A DNA stretch of 40,808 bases from an archaeon (GTDB lineage: Archaea > Iainarchaeota > Iainarchaeia > JAFGOX01 > DATDTB01): positions 1-40,808 of the forward strand of contig DATDTB010000045.1 of NCBI GenBank assembly GCA_035291025.1, written 5' to 3'. Both the position numbers and the translations under genes were made by a program. Under the pieces are notes generated by a model. It saw only the letters and a list, made by a program, of their open reading frames with translations. It was not told the DNA's origin and searched no databases. Positions 24,569 to 33,255 of this stretch are shown piece by piece; position 1 is the stretch's first letter, and each line of letters opens with the position of its first letter.

Positions 24569-25330
24569 TTAACCAATTTTTTCAGCAAACGCTTCAAGGA
24601 ATTCTATTTCGAGTTCGTGCAGTTTCCCCAGGACAATGAGCGTTTGCGGGGCGTCGTTGTTTTCGAGTCGGGTGAACGCGTTCAATTTCCCGAAGTAAAC
24701 CTTTTGGAGTTCGCTGCCCGCAGAACACACGGCGACGCATTCCCACTTGCCTGCTTCGCTGCCTTGGCCGCGTTTTATGGCGATGTCCATCAAGACCTTC
24801 GCGCCCTCGCGCGCGGTCATGAGCTTGCCGGCTTTCACGTCCAAGAGGCACAACGTGTGCAGTCCCTTTTCCCTGTTTTCCCTTACCACTTCGTACGGGC
24901 TTTCCGGGTAGTAGTTGGGCTCTGGGTAGACAATGGTGGTGGAGCGGCCGAACTTGTAAACCTGCAGCCCCGAAACCCCTGGCGCGACGGTGTAAATGGA
25001 GACGCCGGGGATTACGCGCGTTTCGCAGCCCGCGTTTTTAGCCCTCAACAGCAAGTCCGTGTGAGTCGTTGCCGTGAGCGCGTCCCCAACCACCAGCAAT
25101 GCAACGTCTTCCTTTTTTGCCTCTTCAATTAATGCGCCGGCCTTTAGTTCCACGTCTTCCCTTGACAAGGGCTGGATTTTTTTCCCTAAAAACTCCCCCA
25201 GTTCAATGTTTCCAGGAATGAGCTTGCTGGTGTAGCATTCAAGGTAAACTTTCCCGCACGACTTAATTGCCTCCAAGCCCTTCAATGTAAGGTGTTCGGC
25301 CACCAACCCAGCGCCAATCAAGTAAAGCAT
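24569..25330 (-). CDS. dph5: Diphthine synthase (diphthamide biosynthesis methyltransferase)
   Basis: MLYLIGAGL...LKGLEAIKSCGKVYLECYTS and LVVGDALTATTHTDL are tetrapyrrole-methylase-fold Dph5 motifs. I prefer the ATG at 25330 to the upstream alternative at 25357. Confidence 0.9.
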   Translation of the reverse strand: MLYLIGAGLVAEHLTLKGLEAIKSCGKVYLECYTSKLIPGNIELGEFLGKKIQPLSREDVELKAGALIEEAKKEDVALLVVGDALTATTHTDLLLRAKNAGCETRVIPGVSIYTVAPGVSGLQVYKFGRSTTIVYPEPNYYPESPYEVVRENREKGLHTLCLLDVKAGKLMTAREGAKVLMDIAIKRGQGSEAGKWECVAVCSAGSELQKVYFGKLNAFTRLENNDAPQTLIVLGKLHELEIEFLEAFAEKIG

Positions 25331-25396
25331 TTCACTAGCGAATGTGCCTGGAAACATTTAAAACAAGTCCTCGTTTTACTTCCTCCTTGGATTGAA

Positions 25397-26521
25397 ATGC
25401 GTTCCTTTCTCTTGTTTAGCGCCTTGTTGTTTGCAGTTTTCCTGCCACTTGCTGCAGCGCAGGAGTTCAAGGAAGTGCAGTTCGAGGTCTTCCTTGACGG
25501 CAGCGCCGAAATACTGGTTGGGTACCACAATTTTCCCTGCATTAAGGAATCCGTGTTTGAGTTGAAGGCGTTCAAGGGCTCCGAACTCCAGCCCTTGGTG
25601 ATTTCCAGGACTTTGCTGTACAACGGCCAACCAGAACCAGTCAACGCCGAGATTGCGGGGAGCTCGTTTACTTACAGGGTTTCAACGGTTTCAGCGGGCA
25701 AGGGCTTCAACCTTTTCCGGACAACCACTTCTTTCATCAACGAATCACTTGACTCCCTGGCGTCAAAGTACTTCCTTCCAGCAGGCCTTACCAGCATTTC
25801 CTTTGCCTCAAGCTGCGAGTCGGAGCCGTCCGCGTTCCTTAAAGCTGTGTATCCGTCAGGTTCGTTCCCGCAGCGTTCCCGCATCGACTTCACTTTCTCG
25901 GACATCACAACCTCCGACCTAGTCTCTCAGTCTTTCCTTGACTCTTCGCTTGCCCCGGCATTCTCGCAGGAAACTCATTTCTCTCTCCCGGTAACGGTAA
26001 ACGTCTCCAACCCTGACCCTTCTTCTCTAAAGACTGACTTGTTCGGGAAAAGCGCGCCCGTGTTCCGCGGCGACCCGCCCCGCCAAACGGCTTTGTTCCT
26101 GCCGCACTCGCTGGCTTTGCTGCGCTCCACTACTCAGGGCTCGCAGCAGTCCGGGAAGTCTTACTTTTGGGTGTCACCGCGAAACCTTGCGGTTGACGTT
26201 GGAACGGACTACTTTCAGTTATTCAAGCCCGACAACCTGCCTTCAATGGTCGGCTTGTTCCTTTTGGCGTTGCTTGTAGTACTGGTCTTCGCAGTGGCCT
26301 TCAGCAAGTACCGCGAAGTGGAATTAAAGGAAAAAGAGGAACAGGAAAAACTGGAGAAGGAAAAACAGGAAGAGGAAAAAAGGCGAAGGGAACGCAGCGA
26401 GGCCTTGGGGCCCGAACCCTCGCAGTACGCCCCGCCGGAAAACCTGCCGCCACTGGACGAGCTCGAACCCCAGGAAGAAGAACTGCCGAGTGACAAGGAC
26501 GAGTTCAAGGAATTCAAGTGA
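25397..26521 (+). CDS. Type I membrane or secreted protein with a cleavable signal peptide, a C-terminal TM helix and an acidic/KE-rich cytoplasmic tail
   Basis: Signal peptide MRSFLLFSALLFAVFLPLAAAQE, C-terminal TM MVGLFLLALLVVLVFAVAF, then KEKEEQEKLEKEKQEEEKRRR. No family recognised. Confidence 0.65.
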   Translation: MRSFLLFSALLFAVFLPLAAAQEFKEVQFEVFLDGSAEILVGYHNFPCIKESVFELKAFKGSELQPLVISRTLLYNGQPEPVNAEIAGSSFTYRVSTVSAGKGFNLFRTTTSFINESLDSLASKYFLPAGLTSISFASSCESEPSAFLKAVYPSGSFPQRSRIDFTFSDITTSDLVSQSFLDSSLAPAFSQETHFSLPVTVNVSNPDPSSLKTDLFGKSAPVFRGDPPRQTALFLPHSLALLRSTTQGSQQSGKSYFWVSPRNLAVDVGTDYFQLFKPDNLPSMVGLFLLALLVVLVFAVAFSKYREVELKEKEEQEKLEKEKQEEEKRRRERSEALGPEPSQYAPPENLPPLDELEPQEEELPSDKDEFKEFK

Positions 26522-27392
26522 TTCTTGGTTGGACTGGCTTTTCCTAGCGTTGTTTTTCGCCTTCACTCACGGCCTAGCGTCAGTCCTTGACAGGCTGGCA
26601 ATGAAGCGCGAAGGCGTCAACCACTACGCTTTAGCGGTTGTAAGGTACGCCTTGAATTCGTTCGTTGCCTTGCTTGCAGTGCTTTACTTGGAAGGCCTTG
26701 CAGTCCCCTCGAGTGAACTGCTGTTTACAGCGGCGTTTCTCTCCCTTTTCTGGGCCGGGGGAGCGCTTTTTTACTTCAAGCCCTTGAAGCACGGAGACGT
26801 TTCGCAGTTGATTCCATTCCGGGAAGTGATCATTGCCTTGCTTTCCTTTTCGCTAGCAATAACGTTCTTGGGAGAGCCTTTTTCCTTCAACGATGTGGCT
26901 GGGGTGCTATTGGTCAGCCTTGGCGGCTACGCATTGCTGACGAACGGGAAACTCGTGCTCCCCAAGCTTTCAACGCCGCTCCTGCTAATAGCAGGCAACG
27001 GCGTCCTCTTGGCCGTTTGGGGCGTTTTCGCAAAGCCCGCGACCTTGAAGTTTTCACCTGCAATGCTTAACTTGTTTTTCTACTTTTCCGGGTCAATACT
27101 CCTGCTTGCCTATATGCTTGCAAGGGGCAGGCTAAGCGAATTCAAGCCCCTATTGTCTGACAACAGGGCGTTAAGGATTTCACTCCTTGCCTCTGTTTCC
27201 GCTTCAATTGGAACGCTTTCCTTGTTTTACGCGTTAAGCGCCGGGTTCGCAGCGGAAGTTCTTCCAGTCACTCGCTCCCTAGTTGTTTTCGCTGCAGCAA
27301 TTGGATGGGTTTTCTTAAAAGAACAAGCAGGAATGGCGAGGCTGCTTTCGGCCTTAACGGTTTTCGCAGGTGTTTACTTGCTTGCAGCCTAG
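26490..27392 (+). CDS. EamA/DMT-superfamily transporter
   Basis: About 10 TM helices arranged as two EamA-like halves. The start is uncertain; a TTG at 26529 would remove the overlap with the upstream gene. Confidence 0.75.
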   Translation: MTRTSSRNSSDSWLDWLFLALFFAFTHGLASVLDRLAMKREGVNHYALAVVRYALNSFVALLAVLYLEGLAVPSSELLFTAAFLSLFWAGGALFYFKPLKHGDVSQLIPFREVIIALLSFSLAITFLGEPFSFNDVAGVLLVSLGGYALLTNGKLVLPKLSTPLLLIAGNGVLLAVWGVFAKPATLKFSPAMLNLFFYFSGSILLLAYMLARGRLSEFKPLLSDNRALRISLLASVSASIGTLSLFYALSAGFAAEVLPVTRSLVVFAAAIGWVFLKEQAGMARLLSALTVFAGVYLLAA

Positions 27393-28228
27393 GCGCCTTT
27401 CGTGAGCAGTAACAGGAAGTCCCTAAAGCCTGGCCCCAGCGTCAAGACGAGCAGCGCCATCTTAGTGAACAAGTTCATTTCCTTGTCGTCTTTCTCGAAG
27501 TGTTCGTCGAGGAGCCAAAGCGCCCCGATTACTATTGGGACTTTGAAGAGGAATATGTATGGAGTGCCCGCGAGGGCAATGAAGTAATTCGGGACGACGT
27601 GGAGTTCCTGGAAGCCGTAGAACTGCAAAGCAGTCGTTGTTGCCGCCGCGTCAAGCGCACCAGCCATGGTGACAATTAAGTTTTCCCTTTTCTCCAATAC
27701 GTAGACTTTGAGTCTTGGAAGCGCCCACTTGAACGCAAGGGAGAGGGCGAGCGTGAGCAGGACTACTTGGATTGGGCCGTACGGCGGAGTAAACAAAGTG
27801 GACTGGTTGTATAGGTAAAACGCCATGAACGGCAGCAGCAACATCCACCCAGCTTTTCCATACACTGCCTTCCAGTTCTTCCCTCCAAGCCTCCACGCGA
27901 GCAGCATTCCGCCCACTATTACAATGGTTCCAACAGCGTAAATGCCTGGAGTGATGGTGTAAAAGCCCAGCTCTAATGGGTTGGAGGAACGCGGCACTAG
28001 CCTGAAGTCTTCAATGACTCGAAGCGAAGAGATTAGCATCACATACGGAACTAGGGCTGTGAACAAGCCGTAGTCAACCCTGAGCTTTAGCCACTGGAAT
28101 GCTTTCCAAATCCCGTAAACCAGTAAAATGAAGCCCAGCGCGTACGCGGTAGTGTTGCACGCGTTGTACCCAGTGTAAGTCTCTATTCCGACTTGGAAGC
28201 AGTTGTAGAAAAGCTCTTGCAGTCCCAT
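27389..28228 (-). CDS. DUF63-family archaeal integral membrane protein
   Basis: Polytopic membrane protein. AGALDAAATTTALQFYGFQELHVVPNYF resembles the conserved DUF63 segment. I prefer the ATG at 28228, 23 nt from the A/T box at 28251-28260, over the TTG at 28243. Confidence 0.65.
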   Translation of the reverse strand: MGLQELFYNCFQVGIETYTGYNACNTTAYALGFILLVYGIWKAFQWLKLRVDYGLFTALVPYVMLISSLRVIEDFRLVPRSSNPLELGFYTITPGIYAVGTIVIVGGMLLAWRLGGKNWKAVYGKAGWMLLLPFMAFYLYNQSTLFTPPYGPIQVVLLTLALSLAFKWALPRLKVYVLEKRENLIVTMAGALDAAATTTALQFYGFQELHVVPNYFIALAGTPYIFLFKVPIVIGALWLLDEHFEKDDKEMNLFTKMALLVLTLGPGFRDFLLLLTKGA

Positions 28229-28325
28229 GCAAAAGCCCTTCAATGGTTCTTTTTTTAAATCCCAAGGCAGGGTTAGTTATTGTTTTCTGGCTATTTTTTC
28301 CTCAAATCACTGTTGAGTTGCTTGA

Positions 28326-29384
28326 ATGGGCTTTGGCGTTAAGGTTTCAAGGAGGCACGGCGAGCGAGTCAGGAGGCACTTGCTTTCACACAACGTCTTC
28401 GCCCTGCGCGTGAAAATCGTGCAAGACGACGACTTCATTACTTTCCCAGTCACTGACCTGGTTTCAGAATCAGACATCGCGGGAGTCAGCGACACCGGGG
28501 CAGAAATAGTCGAGTTCGAGCACGTCCAGCAAAAAGAACTCCCAGTTAGGAGCATCGAGGAATACTTGAAGGACAGCCTTTCGCCCGGGGAACTGGATTC
28601 GTTGGTGAAGGCCTTTGACGTGGTTGGAGACATTGCAGTCATTGAAGTCCCTGAAGAACTCGTGGTCCGGGAAAAACTCATTGCCGAGGCGATAATGAAC
28701 GTCCACTCAAACATAAGGGTGGTGTGCAAGAAAGTCGGCGCGCACTCTGGCACGTTCAGGGTGCAAGGCGTGAAGGTAATTGGCGGCGAGAACCGGACCG
28801 AGACCACTTACATGGAAAGCGGCGTGAAAATGAAGGTTGACGTCTCAACGTCTTACTTTTCGCCGCGCCTTTCCCAGGAACGCCTAAGGATAGCCTCGCA
28901 GGTAAAGCCCGGCGAAACCGTTGCTTGCCTGTTCGGCGGAGTCGCTCCCTACGCCTTGGTTATTGCGAAAACGCAGCCCTTGGTTGGAATGGTTTATTCA
29001 GTGGAACTCAACCCTGCAGCGCACGAGTACGCCTTGGAAAACATTGCATTGAACAAGTTCCAGGGGAAAATTGAAGCCGTTTTGGGCGACGCGGGCGAGG
29101 CGTGCAGGAACGCCTTGAATGGAAAGTGCGACCGAGTCATCATGCCGTTGCCGAAGGGCGGCGAGGAATTCCTTGACGCCGCCATAAGCGCCTTGAAGCC
29201 TTCAAGCGGAGTGGTTCACTTTTACCAGTTCGCGCCCGAAAGCGACCTTTTTTCCCAGCCAGTAAAGAAACTAGAGGAAGCCGCCAAAAAACTGGGAAGA
29301 AAAGTCGAAGTCTTGTCAACGCAAAAAGTTGGGATGCAGTCCCCGCGCGTTTACCGCGTGTGCGTCGACGCACTAGTCAGCTGA
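28326..29384 (+). CDS. trm5: tRNA (guanine37-N1)-methyltransferase Trm5 (Met-10+ like)
   Basis: Contains FDVVGDIAVIEVPEEL and YFSPRLSQERLRIA, plus the SAM-binding region ETVACLFGGVAPYALVIAK. TATTTTTT lies 27 nt upstream. Confidence 0.85.
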   Translation: MGFGVKVSRRHGERVRRHLLSHNVFALRVKIVQDDDFITFPVTDLVSESDIAGVSDTGAEIVEFEHVQQKELPVRSIEEYLKDSLSPGELDSLVKAFDVVGDIAVIEVPEELVVREKLIAEAIMNVHSNIRVVCKKVGAHSGTFRVQGVKVIGGENRTETTYMESGVKMKVDVSTSYFSPRLSQERLRIASQVKPGETVACLFGGVAPYALVIAKTQPLVGMVYSVELNPAAHEYALENIALNKFQGKIEAVLGDAGEACRNALNGKCDRVIMPLPKGGEEFLDAAISALKPSSGVVHFYQFAPESDLFSQPVKKLEEAAKKLGRKVEVLSTQKVGMQSPRVYRVCVDALVS

Positions 29385-30424
29385 GCGAGAACTCCATTTA
29401 GTACTCGTATTGACTGAAGGTATTCTTTTAGGTTCAAGTGTTCTTGGTCCGTGTGGTCCAGGCTCGAGTTGCCGGGGCCATAGCTCACGATGTTCTTGCA
29501 TACTTGCGCGAAAGAGTTCATGTCGCTCGTGCCGGTCTTCTTCTTGAACTTTGGAGTCAAGCCCTGCGCCCTTATTGCTGAAAGGAACGCTCTTACGAGT
29601 GGTGTGTTTTTTCCAGCCACAACAGCTTCAAGCCCTTCCTTGTACTCTATTCTCGCGTTTTTCTTGAGTTTTTCCAACAACTCCGCGATTTCAGCGCATT
29701 CCGTTCCAGGCGGCAGGCGTATCGCGCAGTGCGCGACCGCTGTCTGCGGGCTTTGCTGCGCGTTGAGTTCAATTTGCCTTATTTCCAGCGTTGGAGTGCT
29801 AAAAAACGTCTCGCCTTCCTTGAGCGATGCCTTGAGTGACTTGAAGAACTGGTAAACTTCCTCCGCTATTCCCAAGTCTTTCCCGAAGTGCTGCCTTTCC
29901 CTTTCAAAGAAAACCCTAAAGCGCAGGATTCCCTTGTAGCCAATAGTGATGCCTTCAACGCTTGAAGGTTCACCGTTAATTACAAAGTCCGGGTTGTGTT
30001 CTTTCAGCAAGGAGTTCATTAAGTGCTGCGCTCCCTTTGACTCGCGTTCTTCCTCAGTCACGCCCGCAAACAACAGCGTTCCCTTTCCTTCGTGAGCCGT
30101 GAAGGCTTGAACCATGGCGCACAAAGGGCCCTTTGCGTCAACGGAGCCGCGGCCGTGGAGTTTCCCGTTTTCAACCCTCACTGGGATTTCCCCAGTTACA
30201 GTGTCCATGTGCGACGTCAAGAGTACAACTGGCTTTCCGCTGCCCTTAATGGCTATGGCGTTGCCTGCCTCGTCCGCGTACGCCTTGTCCGAGTGATCAC
30301 CCAAGTATTCAACGAGGAACCGTGCAACCCCTTCTTCTTCGCCGCTCGGCGAGTAAATGCCTACGACGCGTTCAATGAATTCTTCTGGCGAGATTTCACG
30401 CGAGTACTTTGCTTGTCTTTTCAT
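29351..30424 (-). CDS. lysK: [LysW]-lysine/ornithine hydrolase (M20 deacylase, LysK/ArgE-like)
   Basis: IYSPSGEEE, LLTSHMDTV and GRGSVDAKG are M20 motifs, and the gene sits last in the lys cluster. Starts at the ATG at 30424 (the ORF-track TTG is at 30430). It overlaps the lysJ 3' end by about 29 nt. Confidence 0.8.
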   Translation of the reverse strand: MKRQAKYSREISPEEFIERVVGIYSPSGEEEGVARFLVEYLGDHSDKAYADEAGNAIAIKGSGKPVVLLTSHMDTVTGEIPVRVENGKLHGRGSVDAKGPLCAMVQAFTAHEGKGTLLFAGVTEEERESKGAQHLMNSLLKEHNPDFVINGEPSSVEGITIGYKGILRFRVFFERERQHFGKDLGIAEEVYQFFKSLKASLKEGETFFSTPTLEIRQIELNAQQSPQTAVAHCAIRLPPGTECAEIAELLEKLKKNARIEYKEGLEAVVAGKNTPLVRAFLSAIRAQGLTPKFKKKTGTSDMNSFAQVCKNIVSYGPGNSSLDHTDQEHLNLKEYLQSIRVLNGVLAQLTSASTHTR

Positions 30425-31553
30425 ACGCAATCCTCAATTGTTCCTTGCTTACAATCAACGGCGGCAGGAACCTTAACACAGTCGTCCCGGCCGGCAATGC
30501 CAGCACTCCCTCGGCGGCCAACGCCTCTAGGTATGGCTGCGGCTTTTCCTTCAACTCCAACCCTACCATCAAGCCCTTCCCGCGCGCTTCGCGCACTTTG
30601 CTTGACTGAATGCCTTTCAGCAAGTCCAGGAAGTACTCGCCTTTTTCGCTTGCCTGTTCCCAAAGCCTTTCCTTTTCCATGAACTCAATCGTTGCCAGTG
30701 ACGCCGTGCAGGCAACGGGGTTTCCCCCAAAAGTCGTGCCGTGGACTAGCTTTTCGACCTTGAACACGTTGTCGTTGGCGGAAATGGCGCCCATTGGGTA
30801 GCCGTTCGCTATTGATTTGGCCATGCACAAGACGTCGGGCTGCACTCTCCAGTGTTCTTTTGCGAAAAACGCCCCAGTGCGGCAAAACCCGGTTTGGACT
30901 TCGTCGAAAACCAGCAGCACGTTTTTCTCGCTGCATATTTCGCGGACTTCTTTCAAGTACTCATTTGAGGGAATCCTGACGCCGCCCTCGCCTTGGATTG
31001 GTTCGACTATGAAGGCGGCAGTGTCGCTCGTAATGGCCTCCCTAAGCTTTTCAGAGTTGCCGAATGGAACGTGCTTGAATCCTGGGACGAGCGGCTCGAA
31101 TGGCTTCCTGTAATGTTCTTTCCAAGTCGCGCTCAGCGCCCCGAAAGTGCGGCCGTGGAAAGCGGAAACTGTCGAGATGACTTCCTTTTTGCCAGTGGAG
31201 GCTCGCGCCATCTTTATTGCGGCTTCGACTGCCTCGGTGCCGGAGTTGCACAAAAAACTCTTCTCCAAGCCAGTAAGCTTGCTGAGTTTTTCCACGAGCA
31301 GTGCGCGCTGTTCAGTGTAGTAAGTGCCTTGAATGTATGAAAGCCTTTCAAGTTGCTCTTGGACAGCTTTCACAATGAATGGGTTAGAGTGTCCCGCGTT
31401 GCAAACGCCATAGGAAGCCCCGCAGTCCACGTACTCCCTTCCCTCGGAGTCCCACAGGCTCGCGCCCTCACCGCGCACGATCACGGGCTTTTTCATTGGG
31501 TAAAGCCCTGCCTCGTGCCTGTCGTGCAGTGCCTTTAACTTTTCAGTTTCCAT
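30396..31553 (-). CDS. lysJ: [LysW]-aminoadipate semialdehyde/acetylornithine aminotransferase (class III PLP)
   Basis: Contains GHSNP, FLCNSGTEAVEAAIK, LLVFDEVQTGFCRTG and TFGGNP. Confidence 0.9.
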   Translation of the reverse strand: METEKLKALHDRHEAGLYPMKKPVIVRGEGASLWDSEGREYVDCGASYGVCNAGHSNPFIVKAVQEQLERLSYIQGTYYTEQRALLVEKLSKLTGLEKSFLCNSGTEAVEAAIKMARASTGKKEVISTVSAFHGRTFGALSATWKEHYRKPFEPLVPGFKHVPFGNSEKLREAITSDTAAFIVEPIQGEGGVRIPSNEYLKEVREICSEKNVLLVFDEVQTGFCRTGAFFAKEHWRVQPDVLCMAKSIANGYPMGAISANDNVFKVEKLVHGTTFGGNPVACTASLATIEFMEKERLWEQASEKGEYFLDLLKGIQSSKVREARGKGLMVGLELKEKPQPYLEALAAEGVLALPAGTTVLRFLPPLIVSKEQLRIAYEKTSKVLA

Positions 31554-31559
31554 GAAAGC

Positions 31560-31820
31560 TCACTTTTTCCCTTCAATCCACTTGCTTTTCGCAAAACCCA
31601 GAGTAAGGGTAGATAACAGGAAGGCAATACTTGGAACCAACGCGTTAAAGTACGGGTTTGGAAGGCCCGCGCTCAGGAAAAAAGCCACGAACACGGCGTA
31701 AGTAAAGGCCGCAACCAGGGTCCTCCTTTCCAGGCTCGTCTCCCACGCCTTGTCGAGTTCAACGCGCTTATTCCTAGCCTTGATTTGGTTTAGTTCAATC
31801 TCAACTTGTTCGAAGTTCAT
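31560..31820 (-). CDS. Small two-TM membrane protein (86 aa), hypothetical
   Basis: ATG start. A charged N-terminal helix is followed by two hydrophobic segments. It lies inside the lys cluster. Confidence 0.55.
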   Translation of the reverse strand: MNFEQVEIELNQIKARNKRVELDKAWETSLERRTLVAAFTYAVFVAFFLSAGLPNPYFNALVPSIAFLLSTLTLGFAKSKWIEGKK

Positions 31821-31823
31821 GAA

Positions 31824-32444
31824 TTATACCCGTTTTCTTATTTTTTTCCCTTTTCTTGTAATATTCCACTGATTTAAGTTAAGCGGAAAGGTTATGGCTG
31901 GCATGACTCTTGTTTCTGCGCTGGTAAGTGCCTTAATTGCGAAATTTGCGACTCCAACGCATCCCCTTACGCGAATTCTGTGACCGAAAAATCTCTTGCC
32001 ATACTGCATTAATGTGCCCTCGCTTGTTTCCGGGTTTTCTTCCTTGAAGAGCGCTTGAGAGCCTCCAATAATTGCACGCTTAATTCCGTGTCTTTGGAAG
32101 TACTCCACAAGTTCTATTGGCTTCTTGGGGGCACCGAACCGATGCCAAGTTTGAATTACTTCAATGTTCGCGTTTGGGTTTAAGCTCTTGGCCCAGGCCA
32201 GGGTTTGCTCTGCTTTTTTCTTTTCTTCCAGTATGAGAATAGGGTGCGTTGCGTTCTGTACTAGTTTTTCCAATCTCCTTATGTAAAACGCGTGAATTTT
32301 ACGAAATGCCATTTCGCCTTTGGTTTCTTCCTTGCCGGCACTTCTTGAACGTTCCAGTTCCTCAATTGCTTGCATGTTGAACCTTGGGTGCACTAAAACC
32401 CACGCTTGCTTTCTGGGAGTTCCCTTCGTTCTTTTAGCGATCAT
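31824..32444 (-). CDS. Hypothetical protein (206 aa), AT-richer than its neighbours
   Basis: ATG start and no recognised family. A hand count of 31821-31920 gives about 36% GC, against about 64% for a lysJ sample (30481-30600). Confidence 0.55.
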   Translation of the reverse strand: MIAKRTKGTPRKQAWVLVHPRFNMQAIEELERSRSAGKEETKGEMAFRKIHAFYIRRLEKLVQNATHPILILEEKKKAEQTLAWAKSLNPNANIEVIQTWHRFGAPKKPIELVEYFQRHGIKRAIIGGSQALFKEENPETSEGTLMQYGKRFFGHRIRVRGCVGVANFAIKALTSAETRVMPAITFPLNLNQWNITRKGKKIRKRV

Positions 32445-32461
32445 TCAATCGTTGTCCCCTT

Positions 32462-33241
32462 TCAATTCAACGCGTCAAGCACTGGGTGTTCAGTCCTCCC
32501 GTCGCCCAGCATGACGGTTGCAGCGCCGCCTTCAAGCAACTGCCTCAACGCCAGCACTTTCCGTTTCATCCTGCCCTCGACTCGCTGCTCTCGAGCCGCC
32601 AGTTCGCCTTTTGAGATTTTCTTGACTAAGGAGTTAGGGTTGTTTTTTTCCTCGAGAAAGCCTTTCTCTTCAATCAAGCTCACTATTTTTTCAGCCTTCA
32701 TTGACTCTTGCAGGACGCGCACGACGTCGTCGTTTTCCGAGTTAATTGCGAACCCGTTTTCGTCGGCAATCGGCATGCACAGCACTGGAGTGAATCCATT
32801 GCCTAAAAGCAGTTCCAGCAATTCCTTGTTAACGCTTTGCGGCTTTCCCGAAAAATCTCGCAGGATTTTTTGCTTGCCGTTTTCGATTACGCGAATGCCG
32901 TTGTTTCTCTTTCCTTGGATTACCCTTCCGTCTAGTCCGCTTAGTCCAATGGCGTTAACGCCTTTCTTCTGCAGCAACTCTACCAAGCGCTTGTTTTTCA
33001 CGCCGGCGTAAGCCATCATCAGCAAGTCAATTGCTGTCTCGTCGGAGTAAACACTGTCATAGCCAGAAACAGAGGTTACGACGCGTTTTTCCACTCCAAG
33101 GCGTTGAGACAATTCATCTCGTGCAAAGTTTGCCCCGTGCACTATTATGAATTTTTCACCTGACTTGGCTAGCGAGGCAACGTCTGACGTTATCCCGTCC
33201 AAGTTGACGCTTTTTCCGCCGCCAACCTTCAAGATTATCAT
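32462..33241 (-). CDS. lysZ: [LysW]-aminoadipate kinase / acetylglutamate kinase family
   Basis: MIILKVGGG..., IIVHGANF and NSENDDVV are amino acid kinase fold motifs. I use the ATG at 33241; the longer ORF-track version overlaps lysY. Confidence 0.85.
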   Translation of the reverse strand: MIILKVGGGKSVNLDGITSDVASLAKSGEKFIIVHGANFARDELSQRLGVEKRVVTSVSGYDSVYSDETAIDLLMMAYAGVKNKRLVELLQKKGVNAIGLSGLDGRVIQGKRNNGIRVIENGKQKILRDFSGKPQSVNKELLELLLGNGFTPVLCMPIADENGFAINSENDDVVRVLQESMKAEKIVSLIEEKGFLEEKNNPNSLVKKISKGELAAREQRVEGRMKRKVLALRQLLEGGAATVMLGDGRTEHPVLDALN

Positions 33242-33255
33242 TGCATTCACTTTTC

